The notes under the pieces were generated by a model, which was given only the letters and a program-made list of their open reading frames with translations, did no database searches and was not told the DNA's origin. Positions 44,978-54,389 of a stretch of 64,000 bases of DNA are shown in pieces (position 1 is the first letter of the stretch; each line of letters opens with the position of its first letter). The position numbers and the translations under genes were made by a program. The stretch comes from Bacteroidota bacterium (lineage in GTDB: Bacteria > Bacteroidota > Bacteroidia > Palsa-965). The DNA is taken from contig JBKDHA010000186.1 in the NCBI GenBank assembly GCA_046335555.1, positions 4,912 through 68,911 on the forward strand, in the 5' to 3' direction.

Positions 44978-46953
44978 TCATGGCAAAACGCATTCTGATT
45001 CTCTTTTTTGCTCTCACAGGCATTCTCACCTCTTGCCGCGCCCAGCCGCCGCAGGTGCTTTCAACTACAAATAAGAAAGCAGAGAAAGCTTATCGCGCTG
45101 CGCAGGAATTTCGCAACGGCTATAAATACGAAGAAGCGCTGGCCGAAATCGGGAAAGCTGTTGCAGCCGATCCGAATTTTGCAGAGGCTTATCTGCTTAA
45201 AGCCAATATTCACGGCGAACGCAGGCAGTGGGCCGAGTGTGCGGACGCATTCAATAAGGCTTTTGGCGTGAATCCCAACATCAGTTTGCACAGTTACTAC
45301 GATTGTGCAATGGCCGAAATGAAAGTGGGGCGCTATGCTGATGCAAAAAAGCATTATCAGGAATTCATAAAACGCAATCCCCGCGGTGTGAGTCAGGCTT
45401 ATTTTACAAAAGCCGAAATTGGTGTTGCTTCCTGCGATTTTGCCATGAACGCTATTGCGAATCCTGTTCCGTTTAATCCGGTGAATGCCGGAAACGGCAT
45501 TAACAGCGCCGAGTGCGAATACTTTCCCAATCTTACTGCTGATGAAAGCATGTTCTTGTTTACCCGCAACAGCCGCAAACCCGATGAAAACGGTGTGCTG
45601 CGTGTTTCGCAGGAAGATTTTTTTGTGAGCTACCGTAATCCGGGCGGCGAGTGGAGCGTGGCTTCGGGGTTAAGTCCGATGGTAAACTCCGACCGCAACG
45701 AAGGCGCTCCGAGCCTTTCGCCTGACGGACGCTTTCTGTTTTTTGCAGCCTGCGAAGAATACGGCGATTATGGAAATGGGCGGCAGGGCTTCGGAAGTTG
45801 CGATATTTTCTTTACCAAAAAAGTAAACGGACAATGGAGCCGCGCCAGCAATGTGGGCGGACCGCTCAATACACGCTACTGGGAATCGCAGCCTTCGTTC
45901 TCGTCCGACGGAAAAACACTTTACTACGTAAGCAACCGTCCCGGCGGACTTGGCGATGGTGATATATGGATGAGTATTTTGCAGCCCGATAATTCGTGGA
46001 GTCAGCCGGTAAATTTGGGTGAAACCATTAATACACCCGGCCGCGAAGAAGGCGTGTTTATTCATCCTGATAATCAAACACTGTACTTCGCATCCAGCGG
46101 ACACGTTGGTATGGGCGGACTTGATCTATATGTTTCGCGCCGCATGCCTGACGGGAATTGGGGCAAGCCCGAAAATCTCGGCTATCCGATCAATACGTTT
46201 AAAGATGAAAGCGGATTGATTGTAAACAGCAAAGGCGAATATGCTTATTTCTCTTCAGACCGCGAAGGAACAGCAGGCTGTGAAGACATTTATATGTTTG
46301 AGCTTCCGAAAAGTGCGCAGCCTGTTCAGGTTACTTATATGAAGGGCAAAGTGTTTAATAAGCGAACAACAAAACCGCTTTCTGCATCATTCGAACTTAT
46401 TGATCTTGAAACCGGAACTGTAGTTGCGGCATCCATGTCTGATCCTGTTTCGGGCGAATTTCTGGTGTGTATTCCGGTAAACAAAAACTATGCTTTGAAT
46501 GTAAGCAGTCCGGGATACCTTTTTTACTCTGAAACGTTCCAACTCAAAGCTTCGGAAGATCCATGGAAACCTGTTCGTATGGATGTGCCGATGCAGCCCA
46601 TTGAACCCGGTGTGACTGTAGATTTGAAAAACGTATTCTTTGAAACCGGGAAATTTGATCTTCGTCCCGAGTCCAAAGCAGAACTCGATAAACTTATTGC
46701 CTTCCTTACTGCCAATCCGAATATCCGCGCCGAACTCAGCGGACATACCGATAATGTAGGTTCTCCAACAGCTAATCTCACACTTTCGCAAAACCGTGCA
46801 AAAGCGGTAGTTGATTATTTGGTAGCCGGCGGCATTGATGCATCGCGTTTAACGAGCAAAGGTTACGGTGATACTAAGCCAAAAGTGCCCAACGATACAC
46901 CTGAAAATCGTCAGAAAAACCGACGTACTGAGTTTACAGTAATTTCTAACTAA
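44974..46953 (+). CDS. OmpA-family protein with TPR, PD40 and OmpA domains
   Basis: Lipoprotein signal (LTSCRAQ). TPR region. PD40 repeats (SPDGRFLFFA, SSDGKTLYYVSNR). C-terminal OmpA domain (FETGKFDLRPESKAELDKLIAFLTANPNIRAELSGHTDNVGS...NRRTEF). The ATGA start overlaps queE. Confidence 0.75.
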   Translation: MIMAKRILILFFALTGILTSCRAQPPQVLSTTNKKAEKAYRAAQEFRNGYKYEEALAEIGKAVAADPNFAEAYLLKANIHGERRQWAECADAFNKAFGVNPNISLHSYYDCAMAEMKVGRYADAKKHYQEFIKRNPRGVSQAYFTKAEIGVASCDFAMNAIANPVPFNPVNAGNGINSAECEYFPNLTADESMFLFTRNSRKPDENGVLRVSQEDFFVSYRNPGGEWSVASGLSPMVNSDRNEGAPSLSPDGRFLFFAACEEYGDYGNGRQGFGSCDIFFTKKVNGQWSRASNVGGPLNTRYWESQPSFSSDGKTLYYVSNRPGGLGDGDIWMSILQPDNSWSQPVNLGETINTPGREEGVFIHPDNQTLYFASSGHVGMGGLDLYVSRRMPDGNWGKPENLGYPINTFKDESGLIVNSKGEYAYFSSDREGTAGCEDIYMFELPKSAQPVQVTYMKGKVFNKRTTKPLSASFELIDLETGTVVAASMSDPVSGEFLVCIPVNKNYALNVSSPGYLFYSETFQLKASEDPWKPVRMDVPMQPIEPGVTVDLKNVFFETGKFDLRPESKAELDKLIAFLTANPNIRAELSGHTDNVGSPTANLTLSQNRAKAVVDYLVAGGIDASRLTSKGYGDTKPKVPNDTPENRQKNRRTEFTVISN

Positions 46954-47726
46954 TGTCGGTCTGGTTTCGTGCAAAAGCTTGGTTAAGGTATCGTTCTGTT
47001 GCTAAAAACAGGCACGGTGTTCATTCGCCTTTTGTGTATGCGCTGAACGAAAAAGTTTTTCCTCCGGCATCGGCCGATGATTTTGGTTCACATCCTGCAG
47101 AGGCCTGGCGGACGTTGTGCCTGAACAACCATGATACCATAGAAGTGAGTGATTTCGGCACAGGCGTGTCTGGTCCGCGTGCGGTTGCCGATATTGCGAA
47201 GCGGGCAGCAAAGCCTCCGCATGCGGCGCAATTACTACATCGTTTAGTGAGGCACTTTGCGCCGGGTACGATGCTTGAACTGGGCACATCGCTGGGCATT
47301 ACAACGCTTTATCAGCAAAGTGCTGCCCCCGATGCTAAGTTCATAACCATTGAAGGCTGTCCGCAAACATCGGCATTGGCAGCAGAGGTGTTTAAGCAAC
47401 AACATACAAAAATTGAGCTGCGCACAGGCACATTTGAGAATGAACTCTTACCGGCTCTGCAAACACTGAAAAGTGTTGACTATGTTTATTTCGACGGCAA
47501 TCACCGCAAACAGCCGACACTCGATTATTTCTACGCATGCCTGCCTTTTGCGCATGAAAACACCGTTTTTATTTTTGATGATATTCATTGGTCGGCCGAA
47601 ATGGAAGAGGCTTGGGAAGTAATACAGGCCGATAAAAACGTGACAGTTACAATTGACGTTTTTGATTTCGGATTAGTGTTTTTTCGCAATGGACAGATAA
47701 AAGAAGATTTTGTAATTCGCTGGTAG
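46953..47726 (+). CDS. Class I SAM-dependent methyltransferase
   Basis: Motif I-like MLELGTSLGITT and the acidic DG of motif II (VDYVYFDGNH). 257 aa. Confidence 0.65.
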   Translation: MSVWFRAKAWLRYRSVAKNRHGVHSPFVYALNEKVFPPASADDFGSHPAEAWRTLCLNNHDTIEVSDFGTGVSGPRAVADIAKRAAKPPHAAQLLHRLVRHFAPGTMLELGTSLGITTLYQQSAAPDAKFITIEGCPQTSALAAEVFKQQHTKIELRTGTFENELLPALQTLKSVDYVYFDGNHRKQPTLDYFYACLPFAHENTVFIFDDIHWSAEMEEAWEVIQADKNVTVTIDVFDFGLVFFRNGQIKEDFVIRW

Positions 47727-47943
47727 TAATCAGTTATTTTTTTCTCAATTATCAGAATCGTTTCTCAGGAAAGTTTGTTTTTTTTAGGGTAACCTATTTT
47801 ATCGCCAAACGTCTTTATTTACCAGGGATTAACAAATAAAAGATCAAACAAAAATCACCTAATCATTAGCCGGCAAATCTGAGTTGAATTAACTTGTTGA
47901 TAATAAACTGTCTAAACTAAAACTAAATAACATCAATATAAAA

Positions 47944-49032
47944 ATGCAGAAATCTTTCAAGTTAATAGCTGTTTTATTTTTAGTAGTTCTCACAGCTTCA
48001 TATCGTTCTTCCTCAAAAAGTTTTGAAAGTAAGATTGACAGTTTGATAACTGCCGAGTTCAATGATAAAGAAGGCCCCGGCGGTGTGTTTATGGTTACCA
48101 AAAACGGCAAAGCAATTTATAAAAAAGCATTCGGCAAATCGAATCTTGAATTAAATACAGATCTCACAACAGATCATGTATTTCAGATTGGCTCAATGAC
48201 CAAGCAGTTTACGGCAATTGCGGTGTTAATGCTTGAAGAGCAAGGTAAGTTGAGCGTAGCTGATACGATTTCAAAGTTTATACCTGATTATCCTTCCGGC
48301 AATAAAATAACCATCCATCATTTACTAACGCACACTTCCGGGATTAAGGATTTCACGAAAATGAAAACGCTTCGTGATATTGCTCAAAAAGAAATGACTC
48401 CTCAGATGATGGTTGATTTCTTTAAAAATGAGCCAGTTGATTTTGCTCCAGGCGAGAAGTTTGATTACAACAATTCCGGATATGTATTATTGGGCTATAT
48501 TATTGAATTGGTTTCGGGCGAAACGTATGAGGATTTTATTGAAAAACGAATTTTCGAAAAAGCCGGAATGACACATTCTTCTTATGCAAGCGACCGACAA
48601 ATAGTTAAAAATCGTGCTTATGGTTATCATAAAAAAGAAAGTGGCTACGTAAATAAAACGGTAATCAATTTTAGTGTCCCTTTTGCTTCCGGCTCATTAA
48701 TGTCAACCGTTGATGATATGCTGAAATGGCAAATTGCATTAAACACAAATGTTCTGCTGAAAGCTGAGAATGTGAAGAAAGCATTCACGAAATACAAATT
48801 AAACAGCGGCGAAGAATTTACTTACGGATATGGCTGGCATATCAGAGATATTAACGGCACGCCCGACAGAGAGCATGGCGGCAGTGTTTTTGGTTTTAAA
48901 TCAATGGGAGTTTATATTCCCGGAGAAGATATTTATGTAATCGGTTTCAGCAATTGCGATTGTCATTCGCCAACAAAAATTACACAAGACATCGCTAAAC
49001 TTACATTGGAGACACTGCAGAAAAAGAAGTAA
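47944..49032 (+). CDS. Serine hydrolase of the beta-lactamase/transpeptidase-like superfamily
   Basis: Signal peptide. SxxK motif SMTKQF. YxN-like motif YNNSGY. 362 aa. Confidence 0.75.
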   Translation: MQKSFKLIAVLFLVVLTASYRSSSKSFESKIDSLITAEFNDKEGPGGVFMVTKNGKAIYKKAFGKSNLELNTDLTTDHVFQIGSMTKQFTAIAVLMLEEQGKLSVADTISKFIPDYPSGNKITIHHLLTHTSGIKDFTKMKTLRDIAQKEMTPQMMVDFFKNEPVDFAPGEKFDYNNSGYVLLGYIIELVSGETYEDFIEKRIFEKAGMTHSSYASDRQIVKNRAYGYHKKESGYVNKTVINFSVPFASGSLMSTVDDMLKWQIALNTNVLLKAENVKKAFTKYKLNSGEEFTYGYGWHIRDINGTPDREHGGSVFGFKSMGVYIPGEDIYVIGFSNCDCHSPTKITQDIAKLTLETLQKKK

Positions 49033-49044
49033 CTACTTATAAAG

Positions 49045-49082
49045 CAAAAGCCTCTCGAAATACTTCGAGAGGCTTTTGTTTT
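49045..49082. terminator. Bidirectional rho-independent terminator
   Basis: Stem aaaagcctctcgaa / ttcgagaggctttt followed by a T-run. Lies between convergent genes. Confidence 0.65.
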
Positions 49083-49089
49083 CTTGGGG

Positions 49090-49512
49090 ATGTTGCAAAA
49101 AATTACTTCTGCGTAAAATCAACTTTCATCATATAAACTGTGCCAGGAGTTACCGGCGCATTGTACACATAAAATTTATTGAGGCGTTCGGTTACTGCTG
49201 CTTTTTGTGCTTCGGTGGTTGCATCGCAACTCTGTACATTGATCTGTCCGTTTCCGTCGATTGTGAAAGTTACAACCGCTACGCCTGTTCCGAGTTCAGC
49301 TTTTTCTTTGGCTGTAAAACCAAGCTGATTGTTAATGCGCTTCATCAGATCGCGGTGACCGTTGCCGGCGTTTGCGGTGAATGTAAAAGCGAGGAAAAGG
49401 GCGAAGAAGAGTACGAGCTTTTTCATGGTGCAGCGTTGTTTAGTGTTGTGTAGTTGTTGGTGAGTTTCATGAATAAGACGATTTAGGGTTACCGGTTTGT
49501 TACAGCTCTGCA
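49090..49512 (-). repeat. ~420-bp inverted duplication, copy 2
   Basis: Reverse complement of 32140-32560 with about 95% identity, including a 100% identical 79-nt leader. Confidence 0.8.
49103..49426 (-). CDS. Small secreted protein of unknown function (paralog 2)
   Basis: MKKLVLFFALFLAFTFTANAGNGHRDLMKRINNQLGFTAKEKAELG... differs from the 32221-32544 product by 2 amino acids. Confidence 0.6.
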   Translation of the reverse strand: MKKLVLFFALFLAFTFTANAGNGHRDLMKRINNQLGFTAKEKAELGTGVAVVTFTIDGNGQINVQSCDATTEAQKAAVTERLNKFYVYNAPVTPGTVYMMKVDFTQK

Positions 49513-49963
49513 TCATTTTTTTCTGAAAATAATTTTTCATGCAGCCGAATACATTGATTTTATTGAGTTCCAAGATTCAAAAAAAACTAAACGGCTGCCC
49601 GAATATTCGGACAGCCGTTCGTCTTCATCAGCGAAGCTGAAACTCACCGCTGCATGAAATGTTTATATCATAGTGAATCTGGTTCTGTCTTTCATAACCC
49701 AAATCAATACACGCTGCAAAATTGCCAGATGCATGAGGAGTTCGAGAAATGCTTTGCTCATCGTTGTATGTTTGTTTGAAGACGCCTATAGACTAAACAC
49801 GTCCTGCCTTTAGTTCTGAACTGTATTTCAGTATGTGACGTTTTGTGCCTGATAATTTGTTACAGCACTTGAAAAATTATTTTACAAACGGTCTGGATCA
49901 TTTACAGGACAGGCATAAGGCGAAAAAAATCGCTGTATATTGCGGCATCTAAAGAGACTCCTA

Positions 49964-52012
49964 ATGAAAAAACTTCTCTGGTCATCGGCCGCATTGGCCA
50001 TATTGATTGCCTGCTCTGAAGCAGCTTCTGAACAAAAAACCAAAGCACCGATGCGCGACATTATTGCTGAAAACGTGGATTCTACCGTTAATCCCGGCGA
50101 TAATTTCTTTCGTTATGCAAACGGACGCTGGATCAAAAACAATCCGATTCCGGGTTCGGAAAACAGCTGGACAATTGGCCATCTGGTACGTGATGAAATC
50201 AATAAAAACCTGCGCAGCATAAACGAAGATGCCGCCAAAGCTAATGCCGCCGAAGGGACCGACACACGAAAAATCGGTGATTTCTGGAGCACAGGCATGG
50301 ACTCTGCCAAAGCCGACAAACTGGGCATTTCACCCCTGCAGAATGAACTTAACCGCATTAATGCAGCTGCCGATATTAAAGGCATTGTAGATGCCGCTTT
50401 GGCAATGGAACCGCTTGGTACAGGCGTTTTCTGGGGTGCATACATCGGGCAGGATGCCCGCAACAGTGATGTGATGGCTGTTGGCCTTTATCAAGGCGGA
50501 ATCGGTCTCGAAGAGCGCGAATATTACCTTGATAATGATTCGGCAACCAAAGCCATCCGTGCCGAATATCAGGCGCATATTGGCCGAATGCTCGAACTCA
50601 TTGGCGAACCTGCGGCTTCTGCTCAAACTGCCGCTGCTGATGTAGTGGGTTTTGAAACCAAGCTTGCAATGGTTTCGCGCAAACTCGAAGAGCGCCGTGA
50701 TCCTATCAAAAACTACAATAAAATGTCGGTGGGTGATGTTACAAAAAAACTCACGCCTTCTATCGACTGGCAAACTGCATTTACCGGATTCGGATTAAAA
50801 GGTGTTGATTCAATTATTGTTGGTCAGCCTGAGTTTTACAGCGGCCTTGAAAAAGCACTGAAATCCACATCTGTTCCGGCGCTTAAAAACTACATGCGTT
50901 ATCACCTCGTTGTTGCGTATGCCGATTATCTCTCAAAACCAATTGATACCGAGCATTTCAACTTTTACGGAAAAACACTTTCAGGTGCTCGTGAACAACG
51001 CCCGCGCTGGAAACGAGTGCTCGACTCAGAAGGCGATGCAATGGGCATGGTACTGGGCAAACTTTTCGTGAATGAATATTTCCCGGAAACTGCCAAGAAA
51101 CGCTACAACGATATGGTTGAAGCTGTGCGTGAAGTTTATGCTGAACGCATTAAAGCGCTGACATGGATGAATGACACGACCAAGCAAAAAGCATTAGCCA
51201 AGCTTTCGACAATGAAAAAGAAAGTTGGTTATCCCGATCAATGGAAAGATTACTCGAAATTAATGGTCGGCACAAATTCATATTGCGAAAACATGATGAA
51301 TGCGATGCGCTGGCGCTTTAATGATATGATCTCGAAATACGGAAAGCCGGTTGACCGCAATGAGTGGGAAATGACACCGCAAACCTACAATGCTTACTAC
51401 AACCCGTCGAACAACGAGATCGTACTGCCTGCTGCCATCTTCGCGATACCGGGCATGCCTGATTCGCTTATTGATGATGCAGTTGTTTACGGCTACGGCG
51501 GTGCTTCAACCATTGGTCACGAAATCACACATGGTTTTGATGATGAAGGCCGGCAGTTTGACGATGCAGGTAATCTGAAACAGTGGTGGACAAAAGACGA
51601 TGAAGTAAAATTCATCAAGCGTGCACAGGTTATGATTGATCAGTTTGATGCTTACGAACCGCTGCCCGGCAAACACATTAACGGAAAAGCCACACTCGGC
51701 GAAAACATTGCTGACTATGGCGGAATTCTGCTCGGCCTCGAAGCATTCAAAAAAACAGAGCAGTATAAAAAAGGCGAAAAGATTTCGGGCTATACACCAG
51801 TGCAGCGCTATTTCTTAGGCTATGCGCTGGGCTGGCTCGGACATCAAACCGAAAAGCAACTCAGCAAACGCCTGATGACTGATGTACACTCACCTGCCGA
51901 ATGGCGTGTGAACGGTCCGTTTGCAAATATTCCTGCGTTTTATGCCGCTTTCGGAGTAAAAGAAGGTCAGCCTATGTGGCGGCCTGATAGTTTGCGCGTA
52001 AACATCTGGTAA
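49964..52012 (+). CDS. M13-family (neprilysin-like) zinc metallopeptidase
   Basis: HEITHGFDD (HExxH), GENIADYGG (ExxxD) and NAYY motifs. Lipoprotein signal (ILIACS). ATG 49964 preferred as start. Confidence 0.9.
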   Translation: MKKLLWSSAALAILIACSEAASEQKTKAPMRDIIAENVDSTVNPGDNFFRYANGRWIKNNPIPGSENSWTIGHLVRDEINKNLRSINEDAAKANAAEGTDTRKIGDFWSTGMDSAKADKLGISPLQNELNRINAAADIKGIVDAALAMEPLGTGVFWGAYIGQDARNSDVMAVGLYQGGIGLEEREYYLDNDSATKAIRAEYQAHIGRMLELIGEPAASAQTAAADVVGFETKLAMVSRKLEERRDPIKNYNKMSVGDVTKKLTPSIDWQTAFTGFGLKGVDSIIVGQPEFYSGLEKALKSTSVPALKNYMRYHLVVAYADYLSKPIDTEHFNFYGKTLSGAREQRPRWKRVLDSEGDAMGMVLGKLFVNEYFPETAKKRYNDMVEAVREVYAERIKALTWMNDTTKQKALAKLSTMKKKVGYPDQWKDYSKLMVGTNSYCENMMNAMRWRFNDMISKYGKPVDRNEWEMTPQTYNAYYNPSNNEIVLPAAIFAIPGMPDSLIDDAVVYGYGGASTIGHEITHGFDDEGRQFDDAGNLKQWWTKDDEVKFIKRAQVMIDQFDAYEPLPGKHINGKATLGENIADYGGILLGLEAFKKTEQYKKGEKISGYTPVQRYFLGYALGWLGHQTEKQLSKRLMTDVHSPAEWRVNGPFANIPAFYAAFGVKEGQPMWRPDSLRVNIW

Positions 52013-52062
52013 ATCAATGTTCGTTAAATACAAAGCGCGGCTGCATAAACAACAGCCGCGCT

Positions 52063-52569
52063 TTGTATTTTAGCACTGTGAACACATCGCCCGAAAAGAA
52101 GATAACAGATCCTGCTGAAGCTTTAACCAAAGCTCAACGCTGGTGCGCCTATCAGGAACGCAGCCAGCAGGAAGTGCGCGATAAATTGTACAGCTGGGGA
52201 TTGTGGGCAGAAGCTATAGAGAATATTATTGCTGAACTGATCAGTACAAACTTCATCAGTGAAGAACGTTTTGCAGAAGCTTTTGTGAGCGGAAAATTCC
52301 GCATCAAACAATGGGGACGCATAAAAATTAAAATCGAACTGAAACAGCACCGCATCAGTGAACCCGTTATTCGTAAAGCACTTGCTGTTATTGACGGAGA
52401 TGAATATATGCGCGTGCTCAGAAAACAAGCCGAGAAAAAAGCGAAAACCGAAAAAGAAAAACATCCGCAGAAACGACAGTATAAATTAATCCGCTATCTG
52501 ATGTCGCGCGGTTTTGAACAGGATCTTGTGCGCGAAGTGCTTGGCGAATTAATGAGTGAACAAGAATGA
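52063..52569 (+). CDS. recX: RecX-family regulatory protein
   Basis: 168-aa three-repeat helical pattern with the conserved ...RWCAYQERSQQEVRDKL... / ...LMSRGFEQDLVREVL... segments. Confidence 0.7.
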   Translation: MYFSTVNTSPEKKITDPAEALTKAQRWCAYQERSQQEVRDKLYSWGLWAEAIENIIAELISTNFISEERFAEAFVSGKFRIKQWGRIKIKIELKQHRISEPVIRKALAVIDGDEYMRVLRKQAEKKAKTEKEKHPQKRQYKLIRYLMSRGFEQDLVREVLGELMSEQE

Positions 52570-53144
52570 CAAAAGCCGAACGTATTAAGCGCATATTTGA
52601 TCCGTACTATTCCGCTCCGGTTGAAGTTTGGGAAGTTTTCGCGGCATTACTTCAACACAGAAAATTCCGAAAGAATGAAATTCTGAAAGAAAGTCACTCC
52701 AAAGAATCATTCCTGAATATTATTATCAATGGCTCGGCCGGATTATTCCTTGACAAAAGCAGTCATGCAATTTGTCTTGATCTTTGCTACGAAGAAGAAT
52801 TTTTCTGTGATTATATGTCGTTCCTCACGCAATCGTCAACACCATTATACACACAAGCGCTCGAATCATTAGAAGTACTTTCGATCTCGCATACATCGCT
52901 GGAAAAACTTTATACCGAATCGCCGTTTGGTGTTCAAATCGGCCGTGTTGCTGCTGAGTCTTTATTTATTCATAAGCAAAATCAGCAGGTAGAATTACTG
53001 ACATTAACAGCTGAAGAGCGCTACCGGCAGTTGTTGCAGAAGCAACCAGAAATTATCAGGCGCACGCCATCTAAGCACATTGCGTCTTATCTCGGTATTA
53101 CTCCCGAAAGTTTAAGCAGGATCAGAAAAACTATTCATTCCTGA
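52566..53144 (+). CDS. Crp/Fnr-family transcriptional regulator
   Basis: N-terminal cNMP-binding-like beta-roll plus a C-terminal HTH (RTPSKHIASYLGITPESLSRIRK). The ATGA start overlaps recX. Confidence 0.75.
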   Translation: MTKAERIKRIFDPYYSAPVEVWEVFAALLQHRKFRKNEILKESHSKESFLNIIINGSAGLFLDKSSHAICLDLCYEEEFFCDYMSFLTQSSTPLYTQALESLEVLSISHTSLEKLYTESPFGVQIGRVAAESLFIHKQNQQVELLTLTAEERYRQLLQKQPEIIRRTPSKHIASYLGITPESLSRIRKTIHS

Positions 53145-53148
53145 TACT

Positions 53149-53313
53149 AAGAGCCTGTTTAAAAATCATCCTTTGGCTTTGTCATGGCATATTTTTCCTC
53201 ATCCTGCGTTGCATTTTTTGTCGATCCTCTCCCAGGATCGCCTTCAAAATGCGCCTTGTCTGAAAAAAAATCTACTCATAACAAACCTCAAAAACGAATT
53301 TTAAACAGGCTCT
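53149..53313. repeat. ~165-bp element bounded by perfect 15-16-bp terminal inverted repeats (MITE-like or long stem)
   Basis: agagcctgtttaaaa at 53150-53164 and ttttaaacaggctct at 53299-53313 are exact reverse complements. Between them lie 133 bp of A/T-rich non-coding sequence. Sits between convergent genes. Confidence 0.45.
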
Positions 53314-53339
53314 GATATTCTGATGATAAACACGCGCAA

Positions 53340-53846
53340 TTACTGCACCGCTGTTCTTCTCATCGATCCATCTCCAAACAAACCTTCTTCATCCATTACC
53401 TGCAGCGCCTGAACCATGCACTCCTGCGAGTCATAAATATTCAGGCGGCGGCGGGCGGGTTTGCCTTGCGGATCAGTGTATAAAACAATGAATGCATCAT
53501 TTCCGATTTTCCGGCGGTGATAAACGATCTGTAAAATATCATCTCGGATAATCGCTTTTGTATCGGTAAAACCAAACATCCGGTAAGCTGCAAATGCCGA
53601 AAAACAGGCTAATGCAAAGGTTAAAAAGGCCAGCAGAAAATAGCCCGATAAAATCATCGTCACACAAAAGAAGAACATAATCAATGCCGCAAAACTCATT
53701 CCGATAACTTCAAACCAGAGTTTCTTGCCATCGGGCTCAGGCAATACAGCCGGAATCTCTTTTTTGGCAATTACCAAGCGATCTGAGAGAATATGGCAGT
53801 ACGTGCCATCGGCCAGCACAAAATGCGGTGTTTGCGGTTCATACAT
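53340..53846 (-). CDS. Hypothetical membrane protein
   Basis: 168 aa. Two central transmembrane helices (FAALIMFFFCVTMILSGYFLLAFLTFALACFSAFAAY) flanked by soluble segments. Confidence 0.4.
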   Translation of the reverse strand: MYEPQTPHFVLADGTYCHILSDRLVIAKKEIPAVLPEPDGKKLWFEVIGMSFAALIMFFFCVTMILSGYFLLAFLTFALACFSAFAAYRMFGFTDTKAIIRDDILQIVYHRRKIGNDAFIVLYTDPQGKPARRRLNIYDSQECMVQALQVMDEEGLFGDGSMRRTAVQ

Positions 53847-53927
53847 GGTGCAAAGGTAAGCATGTGCTCAGTTTGAATTATAACAAGCGCAAAGAATAAT
53901 GTATATTAGTAGTAAAATTTAAAGTTT

Positions 53928-54116
53928 ATGAAAGGTGTTAGTTTTATCATCGATGAAAAAAACAGAAAAAAGTCTGTTGTAATAGATATTAGTGTACTTA
54001 AAAAGCGGGAAGAGGAAATTTATGAACTAATTGATTCATTAATTGCGGAATCTCGTATCGGAGGTGAAACGATGGAGTGGACTACTGCTAAAAAACAACT
54101 GCTCAATAAGAAGTAA
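53928..54116 (+). CDS. Putative type II antitoxin
   Basis: 62-aa ORF whose TAA overlaps the ATG of the RelE-like gene (TAATG), the classic toxin-antitoxin arrangement. Confidence 0.5.
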   Translation: MKGVSFIIDEKNRKKSVVIDISVLKKREEEIYELIDSLIAESRIGGETMEWTTAKKQLLNKK

Positions 54117-54379
54117 TGAATTACCAAATTAATATTGACAAACGGGCATTCAAAGAACTCTCCGAATTAAATGCAAAGGACAAAAAAAAGATTATTGATC
54201 TGATTGATAATTTATCAGAAAATCCGCGCCCTGCCGGATGTAAGAAACTTCAAGGACAAAAAAAGAATATGTGGCGTGTTAGATCCGGCGATCTATCGGA
54301 TTATTTATACAATTGAAGATAATATACTTACTATTACAGTAATTAAAATTGGGCACCGCAGAGAAATCTATAATAGGTA
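54116..54379 (+). pseudogene. RelE/ParE-family type II toxin gene carrying a 1-nt frameshift
   Basis: MNYQINIDKRAFKELSELNAKDKKKIIDLIDNLSENPRPAGCKKLQGQKKNMWRVRSGD, then a +1 shift gives YRIIYTIEDNILTITVIKIGHRREIYNR*. Read together, this is the canonical RelE/ParE C-terminus GDYRIIY...IGHRR.IY. An extra c at about 54296 (ggcgat[c]tatcgg) breaks the frame. Confidence 0.7.
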
Positions 54380-54389
54380 AACAATATAC

